From the NCBI GenBank assembly GCA_044359815.1, contig JBIKLL010000065.1, forward strand, positions 1 through 15,811: 15,811 nt of DNA, read 5' to 3'. The position numbers were made by a program, and so were the translations under genes. Positions within the stretch are counted from its first letter, which is position 1; each line of letters begins with the position of its first letter. The DNA is from Pseudobdellovibrionaceae bacterium (GTDB lineage: Bacteria; Bdellovibrionota; Bdellovibrionia; Bdellovibrionales; Bdellovibrionaceae). Below, in pieces: positions 1 to 7,669 of this stretch. The notes under the pieces were generated by a model. It made no database searches. It was not told the origin of the DNA and saw only the letters and a list, made by a program, of their open reading frames with translations.

Positions 1-651
1 CAAGCTTTAGATGCAGATTTTCTAATCAAACATAACTGCCTTTTTGGTGGTGGGACTGCAATTGTACTATCACACGGCGAATACCGAGAATCAGTCGATA
101 TTGATTTTTTGGTCTCTGATATCAAAGGTTATCAAGCCTTACGAAATACGCTGACAGAAAAAAAGATTGAAGCCATTGCCAGAAAAGGAATGAAAATTGA
201 GTCGACCACTGCGCTCCGGGTGGATCAGTACGGAATTCGAACTATGTTAAAAGTTTTGGATACAGAGATAAAATTTGAAATTATTTATGAGACTCGCATT
301 CAGTTAGATAAACCAAGTCCAAAAGACCAAATCTGCGGAGTCGCAACACTGACCCGGACTGACATGGCCGTTTGCAAGCTTTTGGCGAATTCTGATCGAT
401 GGTCTGATGATTCTGTTTTCAATCGTGATCTTATTGACCTAGCGATGCTCAAGCTGCCAAAGAAGGACTTAAAAATTGCCATCAAAAAGGCAGAAGCCCC
501 TTACGGAAAAAGCATTCAGCGGGATCTTGAGAAAGCCATCCAAGCGTTGAGCGATCGAAAAGGGCGATTAGAAACCTGCATGTCGACATTGAATATTGAG
601 CAAGTCCCAAAGGCCTTGCTCTGGAAATATATAAAGGCCCTAAAAATCTGA
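1..651 (+). CDS. AbiEii/AbiGii-family nucleotidyltransferase (type IV TA toxin-like), 5' end outside the window
   Basis: Frame 1 is open from base 1 and reads QALDADFLIKHNCLFGGGTAIVLSHGEYRESVDIDFLVS. GGGTA...R.S.DIDF is the AbiEii-type NTase signature, followed later by KLLANSDR and RDLIDL motifs. The track's 109 start is therefore internal. Confidence 0.85.
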   Translation, partial: QALDADFLIKHNCLFGGGTAIVLSHGEYRESVDIDFLVSDIKGYQALRNTLTEKKIEAIARKGMKIESTTALRVDQYGIRTMLKVLDTEIKFEIIYETRIQLDKPSPKDQICGVATLTRTDMAVCKLLANSDRWSDDSVFNRDLIDLAMLKLPKKDLKIAIKKAEAPYGKSIQRDLEKAIQALSDRKGRLETCMSTLNIEQVPKALLWKYIKALKI

Positions 652-653
652 AT

Positions 654-685
654 CACTCACTCCTGCGCCGGAGTATGTGGTTTTT
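654..685 (+). terminator. Possible weak intrinsic terminator after the AbiEii-like gene
   Basis: ACTCC-tgcgcc-GGAGT stem (659-674), extendable by CAC/GTG, followed by GTTTTT directly after the TGA at 649-651. Confidence 0.3.
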
Positions 686-695
686 GGAAACGTTA

Positions 696-803
696 TTAGA
701 TCAAAATGTTTTTATATTCGACTACGGGTCTGGGCATCGATGGGTATTTGAACATCAGCCAGTATTGTTCCAGAAACTGGAAATATTCTTCCATGGTCAT
801 CAT
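696..803 (-). CDS. Small 35-aa protein coupled to the nucleotidyltransferase (putative antitoxin/partner); not in the ORF track
   Basis: Manual translation: MMTMEEYFQFLEQYWLMFKYPSMPRPVVEYKNILI*. Its ATG overlaps the upstream gene's TGA (ATGA at 803-800) and it ends in tandem TAA TAA. Confidence 0.65.
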   Translation of the reverse strand: MMTMEEYFQFLEQYWLMFKYPSMPRPVVEYKNILI

Positions 804-1315
804 TTTTTTAATCCGAACAGCTTTTGTATTTCGGTCCATTCCCCAAAAAGATCGGCATATTTCTGCACTTGCTTTAGATCTAAGTCTTTTAGGGAAAGCA
901 ATTTTTGTATGTCCGCTTTGTCTTGCAGCTCACGGCTGGAATCATTTTTATACGCCTGAATCTTCAGGCCTATAATGTCTTCTGGCCTCAAGACATGGAC
1001 CCCAAGATCTTTGTTTTCAGTTGCTGCTTTTAACATTTCTTTGCTGAGAGGTCGGTTTGCCAATAACACATCCAAGTAACCAATCCCGGTAAATTGCAAT
1101 ACCTCGCTGGATTCGTGGACCAGATTGAAACCGGCATCAGTTAAGATTTTTTTAACTAGATCTTTTTTGTCCCCATCAACTAAGAAATCAATATCAGCGG
1201 TAGCGCGAAAATGTCCGTAACAAGCCATTGCAAATCCGCCAATCAAGGCATGAGAGACATTGTTTTTAGTAAATAAAGTATGTGCCAGTTCTAAGGTCTT
1301 TCGCAGGTTAACCAT
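800..1315 (-). CDS. Nucleotidyltransferase family protein (Pol-beta fold, AbiEii/DUF6036-like)
   Basis: ALIGGFAM...G..RATADIDFLV N-terminal motif, plus PEDIIGLK and R..QDKADI C-terminal motifs. Confidence 0.85.
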   Translation of the reverse strand: MVNLRKTLELAHTLFTKNNVSHALIGGFAMACYGHFRATADIDFLVDGDKKDLVKKILTDAGFNLVHESSEVLQFTGIGYLDVLLANRPLSKEMLKAATENKDLGVHVLRPEDIIGLKIQAYKNDSSRELQDKADIQKLLSLKDLDLKQVQKYADLFGEWTEIQKLFGLKK

Positions 1316-1544
1316 AAAGCAAAGCTAGCATCCAAATAGTGAAGATGCAAAAGCTCTCTGGGGACATAGTTAATGCAGATGCTAGTTGTGTTTAGAATGC
1401 TAAATTACCCAATGAGCATTTTTTATTCACTATTGATTCTCCTTACTAAGGAAAGGAGTCTCCAAAAATCATACGGGGGTGCAATACAATGCGCCATTGT
1501 TATTTCAGCCAACCTTGCAAAGCAAACAATTGAAAAAATATTTT

Positions 1545-1560
1545 TGAAAAATCCGGATTG
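1545..1560. repeat. 16-bp direct repeat, copy 1 (TGAAAAATCCGGATTG)
   Basis: Identical to 3676-3691; contains the palindrome AATCCGGATT. Confidence 0.6.
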
Positions 1561-1727
1561 CGGATATCTTCCGAATCGACAAATGACATTCAAGATTAAA
1601 ATTATTTTTTTGAAATCAAATTGATATTTAAGGGAGAATGCTATTAAACTTAGTCTATAAAGTAGTTAGAAGTATTAAAAAAATACATAAGGGCGTTTTT
1701 AAATTTGCGCTAGAATTTGGTTAGAGG

Positions 1728-3092
1728 ATGAAGGTCGTTCCATTTCAGCAAATAACAAAAGTTTTGTATTATGTTGGACTTTTTTTAGCGATCACTAGCT
1801 TGCCTTCCTGTATCCATAAAAAGTTAGCAAGTGATTTTACTACCCAAATTCCAGTCTATAAGCACACTTTTAACTTTAGTTCAGCTAAGGATGTAAAATC
1901 ACAGCTGCGTGAAGTTGGTGATTTGAAATCTAAACTAAATCAAATTAAATTAATTCAATTTTTAACTGCCTATCGGCTATTTGAAAAAGATAAGGCAATG
2001 GGTATTTTTGGAATCCTGCCGTTTTCAAAAATTCAATTTACTGTTGATTCATTCTGCGGATCTTCCATAAAAGCGACTCCTGCCAAAAGCGAGAAATTTC
2101 AATGGAAAAAGGGCCTACCACAGATCGATTTGTTAAAAGAAATATTGTCATTACATCGCAAAAGCAATGAAAGTGATAGAAATAAAATTCAGGAAATTAT
2201 TTGGAATCTTGAAAATGGCACGCTGTTTGATCAGTATCCAGATGAACAAAAGAAAATACTTTTGGAGGCTTCGCCGTCAGCTCCCTTGATATTACCTTCC
2301 AAAATAAAAAATGAACTGAGTGAAATGTTAATCCCTGAAAATTTTAGAAGTGTAATTAGTTTGGTTAAGGGTAGATATTACTCCTTTGACCAATTCAAAA
2401 GCCAAGTCAATCAGCTTAGTTCGGGTTACCCCACAGATGATAAGCCTGGATATTTCAAAATACCAGACTCAAATCTATATGCGGTGACTGAAAGTATAGG
2501 TTTTGAAAGGCATGTGGTTTCCCTTTACAATCCATCGAGTAAACCCCAGTCCATAGACATAAAAAGTTTTTATTTGTATCCATTGCGGACTGACGTTCAG
2601 CCTGTTTTGCTTACGGACGTAATGCCAGAAGACAAAGAGATTAAATACTCCTTGGAAAAAGCTGCCGTTAGTTTGCTAGGGGTGATTGGATCTGAATATC
2701 CGACGTTAAATAAGGAAGAAAAGCAGTTGGTAAAAGACAATCCTATCGAAGCTGCAATCGTTTTTTACAGTGCCCTGAAGGCTGAACAAATCGCTGAAGA
2801 AGAGTTCCCAAACTCAAAGCCAAACGGAGCATCAGATGCTTTACGACACTTTGTTTGGTCAGGATTTCTTGTTCGAGATATTGGTGAGGATAGGGCAATT
2901 ATCTACCTCAAAGCCCATGAATCAACCCCAGGTCAATCACCAGCTGAATTTGAAATGGATAGTTTTAATAATAATCAGGGAGTGATTGCAGCTAAAGATT
3001 TAATTAGCATCGGTTTTTTTGAAGATTCAAAAATATTGGAAATAGGAAAGTCTCAATTGAGCGCTGGTAATTTGAAAGTCTTATCAAAGTGA
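1728..3092 (+). CDS. Putative lipoprotein with C-terminal DUF6973-like (DAxRH...AHE...MDxxNN) domain; candidate secreted effector/toxin
   Basis: Hydrophobic N-terminus with a lipobox-like LPSC; GAGG immediately upstream. C-terminus reads NGASDALRHFVWSG...KAHE...EMDSFNNNQG. Family assignment is from motif recall, not a search. Confidence 0.65.
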   Translation: MKVVPFQQITKVLYYVGLFLAITSLPSCIHKKLASDFTTQIPVYKHTFNFSSAKDVKSQLREVGDLKSKLNQIKLIQFLTAYRLFEKDKAMGIFGILPFSKIQFTVDSFCGSSIKATPAKSEKFQWKKGLPQIDLLKEILSLHRKSNESDRNKIQEIIWNLENGTLFDQYPDEQKKILLEASPSAPLILPSKIKNELSEMLIPENFRSVISLVKGRYYSFDQFKSQVNQLSSGYPTDDKPGYFKIPDSNLYAVTESIGFERHVVSLYNPSSKPQSIDIKSFYLYPLRTDVQPVLLTDVMPEDKEIKYSLEKAAVSLLGVIGSEYPTLNKEEKQLVKDNPIEAAIVFYSALKAEQIAEEEFPNSKPNGASDALRHFVWSGFLVRDIGEDRAIIYLKAHESTPGQSPAEFEMDSFNNNQGVIAAKDLISIGFFEDSKILEIGKSQLSAGNLKVLSK

Positions 3093-3532
3093 AAAACAAA
3101 ATATTTTTCAGAATCAAAGTGACTTTGTCTTTGCTTGTGCTGTTGCCTATTTTATTGATTTTGTATTACTGGTACAACAACAGACTTTTTTTGTTTGAGG
3201 CTAGGCTAATGTGGCCGTCAAAAACATTTAGTGAAGTAAAATTTAAAAACGGAGACTTTTTTGAAAGAGCTTCTATGGCGGTGGATTTAATTAGTAGCAG
3301 AAAATATCTCGGTTATGATTGCAAAGGAATTACAGAAGTATTAGGTGAAGAAACGGGTGATTATTATCGCAGTGACAGCAATTCAACCTATAGGCTTACG
3401 AATAACCAATCGACAGATTGGATTTTGACTTTCCAATGTGGCGATGAAGGTGTTGTGAAGCGTGTTTTTATTAGAAAAAGTTGTTGTTCCGCGTCCCAGA
3501 AAATTTTGGCTACGATTCTGGGAATACGATAA
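3089..3532 (+). CDS. Membrane-anchored protein with BamE/SmpA-like motif; candidate immunity protein
   Basis: GTGA overlap with the upstream stop; one N-terminal TM helix; RASMAVDL...LG...ITEVLGE...YRL...WILTF...GVV pattern. Confidence 0.6.
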   Translation: MKNKIFFRIKVTLSLLVLLPILLILYYWYNNRLFLFEARLMWPSKTFSEVKFKNGDFFERASMAVDLISSRKYLGYDCKGITEVLGEETGDYYRSDSNSTYRLTNNQSTDWILTFQCGDEGVVKRVFIRKSCCSASQKILATILGIR

Positions 3533-3548
3533 GAATTACTTTTTTTAG

Positions 3549-3746
3549 TTACTACTCCATGTTTTTTTAGATTACTTAGGCCAGGCAAAAAGCACCCTCA
3601 TAAAATCATCATGGATCGACCCTTCGACGGTAAAACGTCCAGACTTGGAACCTCAGTCACCAATTTTGAACACGCTGAAAAATCCGGATTGGGTGTTTGT
3701 CGGGAACAATTCGGAATTCTATTTCTGGGTCAGCTATGAATTTTGA
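3549..3746 (+). pseudogene. Start-less ~65-codon open frame, possible gene remnant
   Basis: Reads ...LDYLGQAKSTLIKSSWIDPSTVKRPDLEPQSPILNTLKNPDWVFVGNNSEFYFWVSYEF*. The ATG at 3559 is out of frame by one base across a T7 run. Confidence 0.3.
3676..3691. repeat. 16-bp direct repeat, copy 2 (TGAAAAATCCGGATTG)
   Basis: Identical to 1545-1560. Confidence 0.6.
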
Positions 3747-3983
3747 TTACTTAATGCTTGAGTTAACTCGCTCAAATTAAAAAATAATTTAAACTTTTTG
3801 TTTTAAAAACGAGTTCGATTGTTCAGCTGCGCGGATGGTTTACATTTTTGATTATAAATTAATGCGCGCAGCTTTGCGCCCGCTGTTTGAGTTTTTAAAA
3901 TAGAAAGGTTAAATTATTTTTTAATTTGAGCGAGTTGATCCAAGTTCAAGTATTAAGTAATCAAATTTCTTAGCTGACCGAGA
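3724..3983. repeat. Long imperfect inverted repeat / fold-back element 1 (~260 bp)
   Basis: Arms 3724-3810 and 3891-3983 are reverse complements, with a 28-bp perfect stretch (3765-3792), several mismatches and a 6-bp indel. Inner stem AGCTGCGCG (3825-3833) / CGCGCAGCT (3865-3873). Confidence 0.95.
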
Positions 3984-5559
3984 TGGTTTCGCGAACGACG
4001 ACCACCTTGATTTGGCCGGGGTAATTGCATTCAGCCTCGATTTGGGTGGCGATTTTTTTGCTCAGGTCCAAAGCGATGGGATCAGTGATCTTTCGTGAAT
4101 CAACCATCACTCGGCATTCGCGACCACCGTTTAATACAAAACAATCCCTCACTCCATCAAATCCCATGGCAATCCGTTCAAGCTCAGAGACCTTCTGGTT
4201 GTAGCTTTCCACCGTGGACCTACGTGCCCCTGGTCTGGCGCCAGAAATCGCATCAGCAGCGATCACACAATAAGCTAAATCCGTAGTAGGGTGTTCGTCA
4301 TAGTGATGGGCTCTCACAGCATGTACGATTTCAGGTTTTTCATTGCGAGCTTGGATAAAATCAGCACCAATCATCGCGTGCCCACCATCCAGTTCGTGGT
4401 CCATGCTTTTACCCAAATCATGTAGCAGGCCTGATCTGCGAGCTGCTTTGATCGAAACCTGTCCCAGCTCGCTGGCAATCAATCCGCACAACCAGCCAAC
4501 TTCGGCACAGTGAAAATACTGATTTTGAGTGAACGAATATCTGAATCTGAGTGAACCCATCATTTGTTTGACTTCAGGGTGCAAGTTATCAAGCTTCAGT
4601 TCTTTGGCGATATCATCACCATCAGTTTTAATCTGTTTGATAAGCTCGCGCTTTTGAACTTCGTGAGTTTTTTTGATCGTAAATTCATCAATAGGGCGCG
4701 ACATGGTCAAAAGCTTTTCCAGCATTCTGCGCGTTAGCTCCCTGCGAACGGGATCAAAACCTGCCACCCCTAATAATTTTGATTCGGTGTCGTAGCTGAC
4801 ATCACAGCCTGACAATTCAGAAATCAAACTTAAATTTTTACCCGCAGAATCGATCAGTATGTTTTCTTCCTTTTCAGTTTGGACGTAAACGCCAGGGATG
4901 CCGCGCTCTGGACAAAAAGGTCTGGAAAAACGATCCAGGGCTGTGGCCAAGATTTTTTTGGCCAGATTTTCCTGATTTTCTTTCACATGCTCTTCAAAAA
5001 TTTCAGATAGTTTTGATACCGATTGTGCGGATTGATCAATCATTCGATTTTTAATGTCTTCGATCACCGCTGATTTTTCTTGTCCAGTGATTTTGGCAAG
5101 CTGTGATTTCATTTGATCAATCAAAGTTTTAAACCGATTGCGTTTTTCAATCAGACGTTGGTTGAATTTCTCGATGCGAGCTTCTTCGTCCTGAATTTCC
5201 TTTTCCAGGCTGGTGGTTTTTTGTCGTTCCTGGCTGTATCTGTCATCCAGTTTTTGTTTTTTCTCGCTGACCAGCTCTTCTAGTTCTTCGACTTTTTCCT
5301 CAAGCTTCAGGATTATGGGTTCTTCCTTGGTCCAAATTTTATCTTCGACCTCTTGGGCTTTTTCTTTTTCCTCGAGCAAAATCAATTCGGCCTTGTCTTG
5401 AGCTTCTTTTAAAATATCATTGGCTTCTGCTTGAGCCCTTTTGCGGACAGAGCTTTGCAAAAAACTGTAGGAAAACCATCCAGCCGGAAGACCTATTACC
5501 AGACAGCCTAAAAAGGCCTGCCAGGCGGGGATTGTTTGTGAAATAACAGATGAATCCAT
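3970..5559 (-). CDS. rny: Ribonuclease Y
   Basis: N-terminal TM helix, long coiled coil, KH region with GFDPVRRE, HD domain (H...LLHDLGK...HAMIGA...AHH...ADAISGARPGARR) and C-terminal YPGQIKVVVVRE. Start is ATG 5559 or GTG 5565. Confidence 0.93.
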   Translation of the reverse strand: MDSSVISQTIPAWQAFLGCLVIGLPAGWFSYSFLQSSVRKRAQAEANDILKEAQDKAELILLEEKEKAQEVEDKIWTKEEPIILKLEEKVEELEELVSEKKQKLDDRYSQERQKTTSLEKEIQDEEARIEKFNQRLIEKRNRFKTLIDQMKSQLAKITGQEKSAVIEDIKNRMIDQSAQSVSKLSEIFEEHVKENQENLAKKILATALDRFSRPFCPERGIPGVYVQTEKEENILIDSAGKNLSLISELSGCDVSYDTESKLLGVAGFDPVRRELTRRMLEKLLTMSRPIDEFTIKKTHEVQKRELIKQIKTDGDDIAKELKLDNLHPEVKQMMGSLRFRYSFTQNQYFHCAEVGWLCGLIASELGQVSIKAARRSGLLHDLGKSMDHELDGGHAMIGADFIQARNEKPEIVHAVRAHHYDEHPTTDLAYCVIAADAISGARPGARRSTVESYNQKVSELERIAMGFDGVRDCFVLNGGRECRVMVDSRKITDPIALDLSKKIATQIEAECNYPGQIKVVVVRETISVS

Positions 5560-5612
5560 ATCCACACACAGTAACTGAATGCTGCCCGCAGTTCAACGCA
5601 GGCTGCGTAATT

Positions 5613-7019
5613 TCAAGTGCAGTGGCGGTTTTGTCCAATCACCAGGCAGGATTCTTGTTTGGCCCCATTTGCACCAGGATTTCCGGCGGCTCCGCTTACG
5701 CCCTGCGCGCCTGGCTTTCCGTCGGTTGTTTGCGGGCAAAGTGTATTGCGGCTTCCGTCAAACTCGTCAGGCAAAACAGTTTTTAATGGGACAATTTGTG
5801 AAGGTTTAAATTTGTTATCGTCACTGGCCAGCACAATAAATTCTCCGGCTTTTGAGCCGATGCTGCCAGGACCACCCGGGCCACCAGATCCAGCTTTACC
5901 GCCTTGGCCTGGCTGTAAATTAAAATTCACTCCCAATGAACTGTTTGGATCTAAAATTTTAATTTCCATTGAACCCGAATTGCCGCCGGGATTTCCATCA
6001 TGCCCTTTCAGACCGGTCAATCCTGTCACACCATCATGTCCTGATTTTGGACAACTGAGAACTTCCCATTTATAAAATTTGGTAGAAATTTTTTTGATGC
6101 CCTCGATTTTTTCTTCTTTGTAGTTGGCCGTTCCGTTTTCTCCGTTTTTAGGATTTGGTGCAGATTCTTTGTTATGGGATGGAGTTAATCCATCTGTGCC
6201 ATCGATGCCTCTTAAGAAAACTTTTAAATCGCCAAAGGCTTTGTTTGCCAAAATTGATATTTTACCACCGGAAACATCAGACAATTGTTTGATAGGATGA
6301 TCTGCAGATTCAGGTAAAACCTGTTTTCGCTGGGATATGTCTTCGCTGAAAGTTTCGATCACGGCTTTGTCAAAAACCAAGTTTTCGGCATTTATAAAAT
6401 AATTATGGTTTTTAGTTTGCAAAGTGGATTCGTAAATAATCAAAAGTCCGACATCATTGCGGCCTTCGGTCAATCCCAAAGCAGAGGCTGATTGAATCGG
6501 CGATTTTAAACGGCTGACCATCAGATCCTTTTTTAAACTGAAACTTTCAGTCTGGATTAATTTGTCCTGCTCATAAAAATTCACATGGAAAGTGTGTTCT
6601 TTGAAAGCCATTTTATCGCTGGATAAATCCAAGGTTGTTGCTATGGTTTTGATCGGCGTGCCTGAGCCTCTTTGGATCAAAACATCGATATGGCCCTCAG
6701 GGTTTTGGGTCAGCTTGGCTGATGTTGTTTGTACCGGTAAAACTATCAGTAGTTTAAATTTATTCAGAGTTTTTTCAAAGGCCTGATAGTTTTTTGTTTG
6801 AGGATCAAATTCTGTGGCTCGAAAAACTACGACAGTAGGGGTATTGGCCAAGTAGGTATCCAAAGCATCCGGCAGACTGGGAGCGTCTGGATTGATTTCA
6901 GTTTTTTTATCAGAGGTTCTGATTTCTGGGCCGAAATCAGGCTCCTGACAGGCAACTAAATTAATCAGCAAAATCCCAAGCGTCAGTACCAATAGTTTTT
7001 TGTCTGTCAGTGAAAACAA
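5613..7019 (-). CDS. Collagen-like (Gly-X-Y) lipoprotein
   Basis: Lipobox LVAC; TTG start with GGAGG RBS (7024-7028); interrupted GXY runs such as GHDGVTGLTGLKGHDGNPG and GKPGAQGVSGAAGNPGANG. Lies 47-53 bp upstream of rny on the same strand. Confidence 0.8.
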   Translation of the reverse strand: MFSLTDKKLLVLTLGILLINLVACQEPDFGPEIRTSDKKTEINPDAPSLPDALDTYLANTPTVVVFRATEFDPQTKNYQAFEKTLNKFKLLIVLPVQTTSAKLTQNPEGHIDVLIQRGSGTPIKTIATTLDLSSDKMAFKEHTFHVNFYEQDKLIQTESFSLKKDLMVSRLKSPIQSASALGLTEGRNDVGLLIIYESTLQTKNHNYFINAENLVFDKAVIETFSEDISQRKQVLPESADHPIKQLSDVSGGKISILANKAFGDLKVFLRGIDGTDGLTPSHNKESAPNPKNGENGTANYKEEKIEGIKKISTKFYKWEVLSCPKSGHDGVTGLTGLKGHDGNPGGNSGSMEIKILDPNSSLGVNFNLQPGQGGKAGSGGPGGPGSIGSKAGEFIVLASDDNKFKPSQIVPLKTVLPDEFDGSRNTLCPQTTDGKPGAQGVSGAAGNPGANGAKQESCLVIGQNRHCT

Positions 7020-7669
7020 GTTTCCTCCAAGAAATGATCATTCTGTCTGCGGTCAGGCATAGATTTAACAGACTAAAATTTGAATTGAAACAGAGGGGAA
7101 ATCCATGAACAAAAATTCATCCAGCACTGACCAATTTTGCCATGGGTTGAGTGACCGGTGTTAGTGATGTGAGCCTGGGATTTTATGACTGTTAGTCTTT
7201 GCGGGTTCAGAGTTTTTTCTGCTGAAGGGTTCTTGTAAAAAGAATCTGTCAAAACTGTAATCAGTGGGGAGTGTACCCTTCAATAGCCCCTCAATCCTGA
7301 AAAAAAGAAATGCTCTAAATATTTTAAATAATACAGCTATTCGCGATTTTTTTAGGCCATCAGTACAGAACCAACTGCCCTAGAATCTGGCAGAATTACT
7401 GCTTAAATTGCGGAATTAAGCTTGTTTTAGAAGGCCTTGAATTGATTGGATATTCCCTCAAACAATTTTTAAAAATTTGGTTCTGGCAACCAGCAAAGAA
7501 CACCGTTTGGGCAATCTGTTTAGGTCTGTTTTCGACAGGTTTTTTGGGCCAAAAGTTTAGGCTTCTGTGCCTATCAGCTACAGGAACCATTCTTGGCTAT
7601 CGTGAAATTGATTGTGGAGTGGATTTAATTTTGATAATTGCCTGGGCAGCAAATTTAGGGGGGTGGCTT

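Noticed and set aside
675..975. Plus-strand ORFs 675-959 and 706-975
   Set aside because: Antisense to the NTase and its coupled small ORF, which have better support.
1373..1624. 83-aa ORF in the divergent AT-rich region
   Set aside because: No recognisable motif or convincing RBS; likely non-coding.
7105..7164. 19-aa ORF (MNKNSSSTDQFCHGLSDRC) after GAGGGG
   Set aside because: Too short to support; it lies antisense in the collagen gene's upstream region with no other evidence.
7030..7400. c-di-GMP or other riboswitch in the long divergent intergenic region
   Set aside because: Only short hairpins are visible and the consensus elements could not be placed; an Rfam cmscan would be needed.
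7442..7669. N-terminal extension of the L,D-transpeptidase in the ORF track
   Set aside because: ATG 7670 has an RBS and yields a normal signal peptide; the extension is probably promoter DNA.
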